NCBI GenBank assembly: GCA_051362555.1
Contig: CM120640.1
Span: 248,001 to 312,000 of the forward strand
Reading direction: 5' to 3'
DNA from: Lingula anatina
Taxonomy: Eukaryota; Animalia; Brachiopoda
Length of the DNA: 64,000 bases
Below, in pieces: positions 1 to 12,905 of the stretch. The notes beneath the pieces were generated by a model. That model was given only the letters and a program-made list of their open reading frames with translations, was not told the origin of the DNA and ran no database searches. Every line of letters begins with the position of its first letter. The first letter of the stretch is position 1. Position numbers and translations under genes: made by a program.

Positions 1-434
1 TGGTCCCTAACGCCAGGGACATTCAATAGCTCAGTACATGGGTCATATTCTCTGGCTACCCACCATGTTCTCTGATATACTGGCTGTCTATACCATTCCC
101 ACCATACTGCCTGTCATCTACACTGACATGATTACCTCTACGGAGACAGACTCCTACCTGGACTGACTATGGCGATTACTGCCACCAACAGAGTTTCAGG
201 AAACGTCAGGCGTAATTTCTTCATCTGACTACCAGTAGCAAACAATGCTTCGACCCATTTGGGATCATTATATAGCATCTCCAACTGTATGCGGTGGACA
301 ATTCTGCCATTTACTGTAGTGAAGTGACAATTCTCTGCATCAAAACGTCTGTGCAGCATGATTGTCCGGGCCTCAAACCTTGCGGCTAGAATTAAAAAGA
401 AAGCAGTGGAGATATCTCAAGCTGGTATACTTGC

Positions 435-807
435 CTTGGAACAGAATGTTTACACTTGCCAAGACAGCGTTCTCTTCCCTGGTCAGCCCTAGGGCCTGCC
501 AATGTCCTGCTTCTTTGAATAATGAATCAGCACGGATTATGTTGGTCACTTTGGACATTTCAGAGCAGTGATACGTTTTCCCATGTACGGATGTTACACA
601 CTGATGTTTGACATTGAAACGATAAACTGCACTTGCCGCAAACCCAGTTTCAAAGCGATTTGCTAAAAATGAGAAGAGAAGGAATGATTTAGTTGAAGCT
701 AAACTACACCTATATCACCCCAAATGCTGCCCCATCTCAATGTGTGGCCATACTGGTCCTAGGAATGATGGCAGCAGGTCAACACAAAACAATATAAAAC
801 ACTCCAT

Positions 808-905
<98 letters not shown>

Positions 906-2238
906 GAAAGATTATGCACACACATATATATATATAACATAAAAGCCATGCAGAACTTGGTTCATAAAAAGCCAAGGGACTTCTAGGTATCCAGGCAGTC
1001 TCAGAAAAATTATCTGCTTCTTAAAAACCTATAGCCTCATTTTAACTCTTCTGAAAATAAAATTATGGCACACAAAATGTTTGCTGAGAATATGTAAAAC
1101 TGGAAGACAATTTTGTGCATAATCTTTCATTTCATTTCTTGCAATTCTAGCTGGGGTATTTACACAAATAACGTTTAGACAGCTGACTAACAGTGCAGGA
1201 AACTAAAGGAAAAAAGTGCAAACTTTATCATAATTCCTAACTTATAGAATTACTGACTCTGAACAATGCAGATATTCTTAACAGTTTGACAAGTACATGC
1301 AACCACTAGTTTACCTTTTATAAGAGCAGCCTGGTCATTGAGTGAAAGCTCCATAAATCCTGGAATGGCTTTGGCAAATCTGATCAGTTTCTTCACCCCA
1401 TCTTCAAGCGTTTTGGTCCAGTTCTGTACCATAGACTTCCTATCATCTATGTCTATACCAGTCAGTTCATAGAACATCCGGTACTCTTCTTTTGTGATTG
1501 GTTCCAGCTGCCCAAACATTTCTTGTTTTAGTTTATAATGTTCCTGGAGGACAAAAGCAAGAAAAGGGAGTTGAAAGAGCTGGATCTTTTAACCAGACAC
1601 TAGGCCAACATATGATTGTGATACTTATTTATATAAAAAGGTTTCTCAGCAAAAAACAAAAAACAAAAATTAGTCAAATAACAGATATTTTTGATACTTG
1701 TCTCATACTTTTTGTCAAATGTAAATTATTGAAATTGATATCTTGTATGTTAAAAGGATCAGTTTGCACATTTTACCATGAATTCTTCTTGCTGCATTGC
1801 AATCTTTTTATAAGCATCAGGCCCAGAAGGTTCTAGCTCTGTATAGGCCTTGGTTAAATACTCAATAAGCTGTGTGATCTCATGTTCTTTCTGGTCCCGA
1901 GCTTGCATATAGAGAGGATGGACGTCTGCAGGATTATCATCTTTGCCTTCCAGTTTCCTCACTTCTTCTATGTCTCGTGTTCTCTTGGCGTGTGTATATC
2001 TACCTGTTTTTATAGCTAGAACAGACAGAAAACAGGGATAGAAAACATGGAGTATTGCTCATGTAAAATCAAAGATAAAAATATGAATTGGGCTTTTAGG
2101 TCAACAATGAGAGAGAGAGAGAGAGAGAGAGGAGGGAGGGAAAGAGAGAGAGAGAGAGATAGAAAGAGAAAGAGAAATGAGAGAGAGAGAGGGAGAGAGA
2201 GAGAGAGAGAGAGAGAGGATATGATGACTTAGGTCATA

Positions 2239-2292
<54 letters not shown>

Positions 2293-5200
2293 CAGGTCAG
2301 CAGACAGTGACCTAGATCAGCAGACAGGTTACAGACAGCATGGGTTATCTAGAGTTTCAACAGCTATCTTCAGTTCAATAAAACACCGCCATCCCGCCAC
2401 TCCTCAGTTCAATCTATACTAAGATGCTGATCTCAGAGTCAGCAGGCTGCACTTGTCAAACACTTTCCCTTAAAGCTTCCATTGTACAGTGTGCTAATGT
2501 CACCTCTCATATTGCTTTGATTGAAATGGGGGCTATTGACACTTTGTGATAACACAACTGTGTCAATGTCCTCAACATAAAGATGGACCACATGGATGAT
2601 AGCCACTTTATCTCACTGCCTTTAAATACTGAAAAAATTAGTCGTTATAATTCTTTTCTTTAATTTTAACAGGTCTAATTCAGGGGTGGATTTAGGTCGT
2701 CTTCTTGGTCTTCCAAAATACGGCCAGATTTTCAAGTTTACATTGACTGATATCTAATTTTTTCTGTCAGAAGAAGGTCGAAAATAGAGGATGGATCAAT
2801 AAAGATAATTTGGAAGACTGTCAGAAAATATATCTGGATCCACTCCAGTAATTGACCTAGTTCAATCAAGCTATCCATCTGGTCATTTTAAGAGCTAATT
2901 TTACTATAGCTGTACTTTTGATGATGTTTGTGTCTGGTTACCTATAAGGTTAGGACCCTGATATATCTGTCAAATAAAAAGTCTGATCTATAGTAACCTG
3001 AAAGGTTAGTATCTTAACTGAATGGTCTGTCCAAAAGATCTGATCAACCTGATAGGACAGTACCTTTACTGAAAGGTTGATGTGTCCTAACATTTCTAGC
3101 AGTTTCATCATATAGCCCTATGTAATATCTGAGAACTTTATCTTTATATTTGAGGCAAATTTAAAAATAATTAATAAATATTAAATAAAAAGATGAAGTA
3201 AACATATATCCCAAATTAACAATAGAGTATAAATGAAAAACTTTTTGAATTTTTTAGTGTCAGAATGCAAGAATAATTTAAAGCCAAAACCCCTCCATCT
3301 CTTAACCCTGTAAATAAATAGAGAAGTGGTATTGCACAATATCACACTGACTCCAAATAAAGCTGACTTCATCATGCACACTTGGCAAGTCACGAGATGC
3401 TGTACTATATCAATAAAGACCTTTCAATACTAGCCATACCCAATTACCAAACCACAGAAAGCCTACAACAAAAGAATAATCAACAGAAAATTAAAAGAAA
3501 ACAAAACAACTTGGAAAAGTTTATAATTTGATCTTAATGTGTAGGATACAAATTATTTTATCACACTGTTAGACTTCATATCAATTATTAGCCATTAGTT
3601 TTTAAACCAAAGCCTGCCTTTAGGTGACATGGTGCAGAAATAGTAAATGAAGTGATAATAAAGATGCATGTAATGTCTCCCCACACATTGAAAATGCATG
3701 AGTAACAGACCACATCATCTAGCGATATTTATGAAGTGAATGTCCCCTACTATGTTACAAGTAACATTATCTAGCCTATGTTATTCAGTTAGTAAAACTG
3801 CTCAACTGACATCTTTCTTCAATCACTTTTCTCAATGCCAGTTAATTTCACATAAACACAGGGGGTCAAGTTTCCAAACTCCCAATGAAGTTCACACTAG
3901 CAGCATACAAAAAGAGCCTAGCTGTTTTGAATTCAAATTATTTGCTGGCTGATAGAACAAGTTCTACAAGATGTGGAAAATAAAGATAAACTGTACATGC
4001 AGACTATGGATATATCATATATTGTGGTAAGGATTGGCAGATATTATCACTTGTAAAACAGGTGACATGAACTCAGAACAGGTGACATGGTATAATTTAA
4101 CCTTTGTCTACATTTTTCATTGAAACATATCTCAGGGGTGGATCCAGAGATATTTTCTGACAGGCTTCCAAATTATCGCTGTTGATTCATCCTCTATTTT
4201 GGACTGTCTTCTGACAGAAAAAAATTAGATGTCCATCTGTGTACAGTGGAAAAATTCTGACCATCTTCCAGAAGACCCAGAAGACATCTTCCATCAGCCC
4301 CTTATATAAAAAGCTAAAATTCAATTTCAATCACCAAAAGTATAGAGCACTGCAGCAGTGTCTGTCATATGAGTTCAGCCACTCAAAGGACAAACTTACT
4401 TCCAGTTCAGTTACTCAGGCTATCAAACCATGTGGCCTTCTAGCCAAGTGACACTGACCTCTGATATCAACTTACCCTTCTTTGACATCCCTACGCTGAC
4501 ACACTTCTTATAACGACAGTGTGCACATGAGTTGCGTTTCCCAGGCTGTATTCTGCAGTTGCCATCGCCCACACACTGATAATCTTCCTTCCTCTGTAAG
4601 CTGCGGCGGAAGAAGCCCTGAAAGAGATAACAGCTCTAAAGTGCTCATATACTTCCTCAATAGCAGGGTTCAATTTGAAATGAAAAAGTCTGAAAAAAGT
4701 TCTTATTATGAAACAAATCTCAGATATATTTATAACATTTTAATTGTTGGTCATCATGAGTTCATTTTCTAGAATATTTTGAAAAAACGCACTTCTGGTA
4801 ATCAAAGCACTTGCTTCAGGCTTGTAAGCGTGACTGTTGATTTTACTGAGATTTCATAAGACACACTACAAAACTGCTAAAAATCTCTTTCTGGTTTATA
4901 ATAATTCTACTCCACAATTGATAACAGTAACACTGGGAGATAACAATAGCACTATTCTGTCAAAACACCAGAATTTAACCAAATTATCCATTTTCAAAAC
5001 ATTAAAAAGCTACCTTGGATAGAGTGTGTGTGCGTGCTTTAAAAACAGATTTTAGGTATTTACATTTACATTCTATATACATATTGGTAATATTCAATTA
5101 ACATAAAAACATTCATAATATGTTTTTTGGCCCAGAGAAAAAATATTTTCAACTCATTCCAAAAAAAAATGTAGGTAACAAATTTAATTGGCAGTCCTTA

Positions 5201-5428
5201 CCTTGCATGCCTCACAAGTGTTGATTCCATAGTGTAAACCTGAAGCCTTCTCCCCACACACACGACATGGAGGGAGTAGAGGAGAGGGGGGTTTGTCTTC
5301 CTTTGTAATACTGTCACTGCTACTGATGATGTTACTGCTGCTGATAGCACTACTGTTGTCTACCTCAGGACTTGTGACTACAGGAGAGGAATCCATTGGA
5401 AAAAGACTGGAAGTGACACAGCTCTCTC
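435..5428 (-). CDS. NR1-subfamily nuclear receptor, NR1P-like; partial (last exon lies left of the window, 5' end uncertain)
   Basis: Phase-consistent exons: 5428-5202 ([22 protein letters not shown]), 4617-4476 ([15 protein letters not shown]...[14 protein letters not shown]), 2015-1777 ([13 protein letters not shown]...EEFM), 1543-1315 ([11 protein letters not shown]...[21 protein letters not shown]), 662-435 (ANRFE...[19 protein letters not shown]). This gives two C4 zinc fingers and the LBD signature FAKxIPGFxxLxxxDQ. First in-exon ATG is at 5396. The NR1P assignment comes from remembered family motifs and was not tested by phylogeny. Confidence 0.9.
811..900. repeat. (TA)n microsatellite
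   Basis: Pure AT dinucleotide run in an intron. Confidence 0.95.
2108..2289. repeat. (GA)n followed by (TA)n microsatellites
   Basis: Imperfect GA run at about 2108-2217 and TA run at about 2242-2289. Confidence 0.95.
2681..2848. mobile_element. MITE family G, copy 1 (about 170 bp, CAGGGGTGGAT termini)
   Basis: Imperfect TIRs caggggtggat...atccactccag; 5-bp duplication taatt at 2676-2680 and 2849-2853; homologous to 4133, 8761 and 9779. Confidence 0.75.
4133..4303. mobile_element. MITE family G, copy 2 (opposite orientation to copy 1)
   Basis: caggggtggatccagagatattttctgacag...ttctgacagaaaaaaattagat is the reverse complement of the copy 1 interior. Confidence 0.75.
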
Positions 5429-8400
5429 CTAAAACAGATAGAAATGTAAACATTGATTTTACTTTCAGCTATAATCTTCACTCCTCTCTGGGCACATTTC
5501 TCCCAGTGAAGAGCTGACATAGCTGGTAGTCTAGAGAAGTTAAACTGACCTGGCCCCTTGATAACCAGTCTTCTGTATTGACACACCTCACCTGCCTGTA
5601 ATCCCATACACAGCTAGTATACACCTGACCACAGTGAATCTCACATGGCCTGCCATACATCATGATGTAAGCAGCTTAATACAGGGAATACTAACAAGGC
5701 ACAATCAATAGAAGTAGTAGGCAATACCTTTATAAACACAGGTCAATCCATGGGAAAGAAAACATGGAGCCATCATTGATCAGGAGATGTGGAACTGTTG
5801 TTCTAGCTGGTCCATATGTGCAATACTATTATATACCTTTATTCAAAAAGGGGAATAAATGGCAAGGTAAAATCTCATTTTTCTTACTCCCCTCATGCAA
5901 CAGAAGTATTCTCTAAGTCTTCAAGATAATGGATTAATCTATATAGCCAAGTATTCTGCTAGTACTGCATCCACACCTTTTATTCATAAACAACACTCTT
6001 ATCTGTCAACCTTAGCAAGGAATCGTGACAAATTTCCCTCAAAGCACTCTCCAAATCTCTGACAGCCAAGTCCACTAATATATCTATGTGGTAACACTTA
6101 TTATTATTTCTGTAGTATATCATGCACTCCTACAAGTACACAAATAACCCATGTAGAGGAATTCTATTGGTTAATATGGAGATTACTCCTACATCATTTC
6201 TACCCCCACTTACATCATATCATTTGATTGGGAGGCACCAGCACAACCGCAATGATACTGTGAAAGGGTGTAGAGACCATCAACAAATAACTTACTCCTA
6301 CATAACAGTTCTACATGGCATCTAAACCTACATACAACCATCCACACACTATGATAGGGTGTATGACCATCACTAGTAACTTCACTTTCCTTTCCATAAA
6401 AATACATGTACACGCCGCTGGTCAACATAGAACAAATCCACTCTGTAAGTAGGGACTCTCGCTAAGTGCAATCAGCTTAACTGAATGACACAACTCAACT
6501 TGTTTCCAACATTATTGTCTAATCACCAGTTTTTCTGTATTCTACTTAATGCCAGGAGGAGGTGTGTGTCATTTAGTTAAGCTGATTGCAGTCAACAAGA
6601 GTCCATGCGAAGTTGGGTTGATCCATGTGGATCAATGCTGTTTGTGGGAATGGGGCCTTAGGTTAAGGCAACTATTTTATCTTGTGAGCTCTTTAAAAAA
6701 TTGCAAAAACTTTTGTGTATATAACAAGCAAGAGTATTATTTTTAAAGTCCTTTTTCTATATTTTTCCACTTTAGCGTCATTTTGTACCTTAACTGACTG
6801 TACACCCCTGTAACAAAACTTGCAGGTAACTACACACATCTTGCACCCAACTGTCTGAAGGACTTTGAAGGAATTTGCAAGAAAAAAAAAATGCAACAAA
6901 TTTACAAGAGCACCTAAAGCAAGAAAGTATTCAAATTTGCAGCAGACATCATTTGCATGGTAACATTCCCTCTTGTATGAGGCCAGATATATATATATAT
7001 ATTGATTGGGGGGGGGGGGTCTTTCTCAACTCTTCTCAAATTGATCATGAGTTTAACTTACAAGCATACATCAAAGATAGGAAAAAGCTGATCTAGCAAC
7101 CACCCCAACTTTATGAGAAAAAGTGTAAAATAATTAATTTTTAATCGATATTTTAAAATATCTAAATACATGTGTGTCTATATTTTGCAAGACAAGCCTT
7201 TACAAAACTCTTGGAAAATCTGTCCAGTTCTCTTAAACTTACATGTGCATACATGTTATCAAACCCAATCAGACAAAACCCATGGCAAACGGACCTCCCG
7301 GTCCCACTGAAAACATCCTAGCCTGCCTGACTGTGTTAAAAAATGCAAGTCATCTCCTCACTGCAGAGATTACTTCAACCATAACACATGACATCACCCC
7401 AAACCCTGTGTGTTCAATGCTTACCAAAGACATCATGTGCACACTCTATAAGATCTCCCAAATCATCCCAAGGTATAGGATGCTCCATGTTAATACATGC
7501 CATGTCCTCCTCTGAGACAGTTTTCATGATTGCCTGGCTGGGTTGTCACACCCAGTTCACACCCACAACACTGGGCTTGAGAGTCTCTGAGCCCAGCTCT
7601 TATTTAAATGACCCTCTCCATAGTGAGGGTGCACACGGTGAACATCACACTTAGAGAATTAAAATGGTTCACAATATCCATATCTTTCTGTATCTACTGT
7701 AGCTCAGTGCAATAACAGCATAATGCTCTACTGATCACTGCATGAAGCTCAAAGTAAAAAGAAAAACACAGTACTAATGAAGTACTCTTTAAAAAAACAC
7801 CATTACTTTTTTATTTCTTGCTCCTCTAAAGCCCCATTATAAAAGCCTTGAGAAACTGACGGAATCTGACGTCACCTATCGATAACCATTCAGACTGAAG
7901 GACCAGTGTAAAACGTTGGCATAATAGTTCCATACAAATAAGTACCCAAGTACTAAGCAAACACCATGTTCTACCTTTACTTGCTATGGAGATGACAACA
8001 AACATTGCTACACTGCATTATATACTGTGTCACACAATTACAAAGTTTCCACACACTAACACATCTATAACCCCATTGTACAATCCTCCTACAACTTCTA
8101 TATAAAACATTTCAAGACATTCTTTACAAGGCTTGGAGAAAGGTATGAACACAGGGTATGGCCCATATGAAGAGGCTTGCTCAAGAGAGTAACAGTAAAG
8201 GATTAGCAGAGAGGATTATACACCTGGGCACTTATGTTGCAGGGGGCATGGTGACCTGATTAAGTCACATGATGTGGTACATGTGATCAGTGAGTGACTG
8301 GGGCAGATCACAGTACAGATGTACTCTAAGTCAACACCAGCTGATGATGAGAACTTAGTGGGATGATAACACATGGTAAAATAGGTCATCTTCACTGGAC

Positions 8401-8760
8401 AACAGTGGTTTGATAACTTAATAGACTGATGCAGAAAAAGCTTTTAATAATCTTAGGTTTATGTCATAGACTGATCAGTAATTACTGGTATGTCCATTCA
8501 AGTTTCCCCTCTACCTCTTACTGTACTTTATGATATTTCAGCAGCATATGTGACAAGTTTTAAGTTTATTTCATACTTCAGGCCTACAGACCCAGAATAC
8601 ATAGTTCAAAACATTATTTTATGGGATGAAAATACAATAAGTAACAAACGTTCTAAATATAAATATGAAAATAAAGTCTAGATATACATGTACATGAAGT
8701 CCACATATTATAATTTTATCTTCTGATTTTGTTACAATGATATAAGTAACCTGCCAATCT

Positions 8761-8946
8761 CAGGAGCAGATCCAGAGATATTTTCTGACAGTCTTCCCAA
8801 TTATCTTTGTTGATCTATCCTATTCCTCCATTTTTGATCGTCTTCTGACAGAAAAAAAATTAGATACCCATCTATGTACAGTACAGTAACCTTTAAAATC
8901 AGACTGTCTTCTGGAAGACCAAGAAGACGGTCTCAATCCGCCACAG
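8761..8946. mobile_element. MITE family G, copy 3
   Basis: Same interior as 4133; 5-bp duplication aatct at 8756-8760 and 8947-8951. Confidence 0.75.
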
Positions 8947-9049
8947 AATCTTTTTATAAAGTCACTGTTTTGCAAAGATGTATGTTTGGTATGTACTGTT
9001 TGGTTAAGCCTTTGTATTAAGTATGCTCTTGTAGGACATGAATCTCTTT

Positions 9050-9240
9050 TTTGACATAACTACAGTATATCCTTTTGAAAAACAGGCAATGCACACAGAT
9101 CTATTTTCTGCCTCTGTGCCGTTATAGCGTCCCTTTTCTATTTGTAAATCATGATTCGATACTATACATTTATACAGACATCTTCTGTGCTCTGCCACAG
9201 TAACAAAGCAAAGATATTCCTAATGTACTTAGTATTTTCA
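9050..9240 (-). mobile_element. Decayed non-LTR retrotransposon, ORF2 C-terminal fragment
   Basis: Translation SNHDLQIEKGRYNGTEAENRSVCIAC matches the SxHxLxIExGRY...R.CxxC zinc-finger tail of LINE ORF2 proteins (RTEX/L2/CR1-like). Confidence 0.65.
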
Positions 9241-9778
9241 GATTGTGCTTGCTGTTCATGTGCAATCTCAACAGACACATTCATGGCCAGAGCTTCAAAG
9301 GGACAAGCAACAAACTTGGTGAGAAATACATAACAAATCAATGTTTTATCAGATTTAAGAGTGTTCTATGGTGATAAGGCTGATGCGTCTTGTAAATTAA
9401 TTTTTTTAAGGTAATAACTGATACCTCAACATTAACCAGGCAATCAATCTCAATTTTATCAAGTTCTCCACCAATCTCAGTTTTATCAAGTTCTCCACCA
9501 ATCTTAGTGCCTGATGTAAAGTTCATGTGGAACATTCATACAGTAAAACAAAAACACAGTTTGTACACAATAAATTGGCTGAAAACAAACCAACTGCAGT
9601 CATATCCATGGCATTATATTTTGCATTCATTTTTCACTTCTGTTCTTCCTTCACAATGGTTACAAATGAACATAAGCAATGGTACACACAGGAAAGAATA
9701 TACCTTTTTAGGCCATTCTGGCATGTCTAAGTTTGTTGTCAATAATCTACATGGCATTACTTAGAGACTAAATAAACA

Positions 9779-9945
9779 TAGGGGTGGACAGAAGCAGTCT
9801 GTTGGGTCTTCTGGAAGACAGTCAGAATTTTTAAGTTTACATTGACAGGCACCTAATTTTTCTGTTGAAAGAAGGTCAAAAATGGATAATTTGGAAATCA
9901 AGACTGTCAGAAAATATCTCCAGATCCTCACCACGTCTGGATCCC
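9779..9945. mobile_element. MITE family G, copy 4 (degenerate)
   Basis: Shares gtcttctggaaga...aagtttacattgac...gaaggtcaaaa...agactgtcagaaaatat with copy 1. Confidence 0.65.
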
Positions 9946-10325
9946 ATCTATGGACCTTAGTCAAAGCCTGGGAAACAGGACTCACCATTCTTGTAACCAA
10001 GGTCCATAAATGGTGGTTCAAAAACTCATGTTTAATTTATGTCATTTAGTCTCTGGAAAAGAATCATTCTGTTTCATCATCCTTTTTAGAGACCATGAAA
10101 AAAAAACTGTTTCCTAGTTGGCAAAATATTCTTCAGGCATTCAAATCATTGTCATTAGAACCACTACTGTCTACTAGTACCATTCATCACTGTTATCACT
10201 GGTTGTCACATGAACCCGATTGTGTTTGTGGAAATCAAGACTGTCATGTTTATATAACAAGATTTAACTAAGTGCCAAAAGCACAAAATATCATCAATAA
10301 GATATTTTAATACCTGTATTAGAAT

Positions 10326-10445
10326 GAATAAACAAACTTTTTAGTATCTGCATTTATGTTTATATTTCTCACAATCATATAATTTGAATAAACAAACTTT
10401 TTAGTATCTGCATTTATGTTATTATTTCTCACAATCATATAATTT
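10326..10445. repeat. 60-bp tandem duplication
   Basis: tgaataaacaaactttttagtatctgcatttatgtt...cacaatcatataattt occurs twice with period 60. Confidence 0.9.
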
Positions 10446-11386
10446 TGGGCCTGTAATACAGATTTTACCTGAGAGAGATGTCTACGCTGAAATATAATTC
10501 ACAATAATAACACTGATTACAATTTAACATGTTTATCTTAAAAGCATCCTATCTCAGGGTTCTCGCCATATATAATTTTCTTCAAAAAAATTGAATTTCT
10601 CCAACTTACAAATCATTGGTCAATCCATCTCTGCACTTGCAGTCAATGTTTTACACCATTTCTAATTAAGTAATTTATGAACTCCACACACCTCCACAAC
10701 ATCATCAGATCTTCTGAATGGCCTCAAAGTCACATCTTGAATATGTGAAATATTATTTCACATAAAACTGTATAACTTACAGAAATATTAACCAATCAGA
10801 CTGCATGGTTTTCCTACTGAAGCTATAGTTAAGTCCTTAAAATTTGTTTCTTTACTGTAAGTTTGAGAATTATGTCAGTGACGGTTTTCCTTAAATGGTC
10901 ACTATGACAACAGTGCCCAAAATAGGGTTTTCTTCAATTAAAATGCAATATTACAAAATGTTTAACAGCATTATCACCACCAATCTTTATTTATGTACTG
11001 CAGGTAACATGGATGAAATAGTGACTAGCAGAGGTCTTCAAGCCCACGGAACTTCAAAGTCACACCTTAAAAATGCCAAGAGATAACTGTATCAAAATGA
11101 GTTTATTTCCATTTTCAACACTATTTTTACATAATACAAAATAAGGAACTTTCTACCATTTTTATATGATCAACTAAGAAAATTGCTGAAATGGTAAAAA
11201 TATCAATAGAACAATTTTAAATGTTCGTTTGGCTCCATTCTAAGATTCTACACATACGAAGGAATGAATCTGACAAACTGCAATTACATGAGTTCGTTTC
11301 CATATTTGACACTTTATTACACAATACATGATAACACATTTACAGACATATCTGTGTCTGTACATAAAAATGACTTTGGATCATTG

Positions 11387-11930
11387 AGCGCATTCTCAAC
11401 GAATTAAGCCAGGCTTTACAAAGCCGATGACCTAAAAATGGCGGACGTACATGAAAGAAAAACCGCCTAATCTTTTAATAGTCTCTCCGCCTCCCCACAC
11501 GTCGTCCCTGCGGGGTACAGTAATTAAATCTCGGCTCCGTTCGCCATGCGGAAGCTACCTGAGAAATATTAAGTGCGCATGCTCATCAGTTAAACTCATG
11601 GTGAAGAAAGCATGGCGGCTGAAGGCGATCGAAGGAAAAAAGCTCTTCTATTCTATTATCTTTGAAAACAGAGACAAAAAAGGAATAATTTGGCCCGTAG
11701 AGCAGCAATGAATCGACTATCTACGGAGATAATATCACCAGAGATATTCACGGAAATATTAATGTTCGGAGCCGAGATTTAATTACTGTACCCCGCAGGG
11801 ACGACGTGTGGGGAGGCGTGTGAGAGGCGGAGAGACTATTAAAAGATTAGGCGGTTTTTCTTTCATGTACGTCCGCCATTTTTAGGTCACTGGCTTTGTA
11901 AAGCCTGGCTTAATTCGTTGAGAATGCGCT
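11387..11930. mobile_element. MITE family A, copy 1 (544 bp, TIRs of about 150 bp)
   Basis: agcgcattctcaacgaattaagccaggc...gcctggcttaattcgttgagaatgcgct; flanking duplication cattg (11382-11386 and 11931-11935); CpG-rich; near-identical copy at 46741. Confidence 0.92.
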
Positions 11931-12499
11931 CATTGTCAATATAGTCTACCTTAATTATAGCATGTGTTACTGTTCTCATTATTGGCATCACATAAATATA
12001 ATTTTAGGCATGTGACTCTTAAAATGAGAAATAAGAACATCATGTTTAGGAGGACAATAAGGTGAGCAGAATTCTTGTTGCGATGTTCCAATGTTTTAAA
12101 ATACTCCGCGCAGAGCCTCGTTTACATTACTTCCGTAATATTCTTCCTGCCTTGAAACAATTGATTTGTATTACACATCCGAGCAATTGATTTGGGGATG
12201 TGACGGGTGGCTATTAAAATTCTGGAGACTAGTCTTTGAGTTATATTTACTCTGCCGTAACTATAACTTAACTAAAACACACTGGACGAAGTCATGGCAT
12301 GAATACGCTAGCTAGACCAGGTGGTGATTTTCAATTACCACATTCGGAACATTTTAGCAACATGACATTGGATTTCAAGCAAATATAAATAGTAAAAAAC
12401 AATCTATAACTTTCCCTGGCCCTCTAGTTTTGTTCAATATAGATTATATTCTATACAATAGTACATCAACAAACAGGTTAAAAAGTAGAACTTCACCTG

Positions 12500-12905
12500 A
12501 TGAACTTTTTGGTTCCGCATCCGTTTACCTTATTCCGTACAAAACACAACAACAAATATCAAATGCGGACTTAAAGTATTTTTATACATCATATGATATT
12601 GAATTTTATTTTTTGTAAAGGCAGCAGCTGTGAATATGTCATCTATGTAAATAATATTTCAACTAATCAATTTCTAATTCTGTTTCTTAGAGAATAAGGT
12701 AAAAAGCACGCCGCCATTTTGACCTGGCCTTGCCTGGGAAGGAAGCGACCTGGACATTGAGGTGTAATGCTATTACTCCATTTCTGCATGATTTACACAA
12801 AATCCATGTGGTTCTAAGGCAGCAATAGTACAGGGTAGCGAGGAGAAGGCAGCGTGGGGCTTGGAATATATTGGCACAAAAGAACTTTTGGTTTTTAACA
12901 CAGCA
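12500..12905. promoter_or_regulatory. Putative bidirectional promoter and 5' UTR region of the two nuclear receptors
   Basis: Local CpG enrichment; YY1-type GCCGCCATTTT at about 12710 (+); strong minus-strand donor AAG|GTAAAC at 12529/12528; lies directly upstream of the E78 ATG at 12906. Confidence 0.5.

Noticed and set aside
138-359. Minus-strand ORF as the final exon of the NR1P-like receptor
   Set aside because: The translation lacks helix 9-12 features and the expected Asp-Arg start; the last exon probably lies outside the window.
715-2232. ORFs with YIYI or ERER runs (also CVCV at 32083-32283)
   Set aside because: Translations of (TA)n, (GA)n and (TG)n microsatellites.
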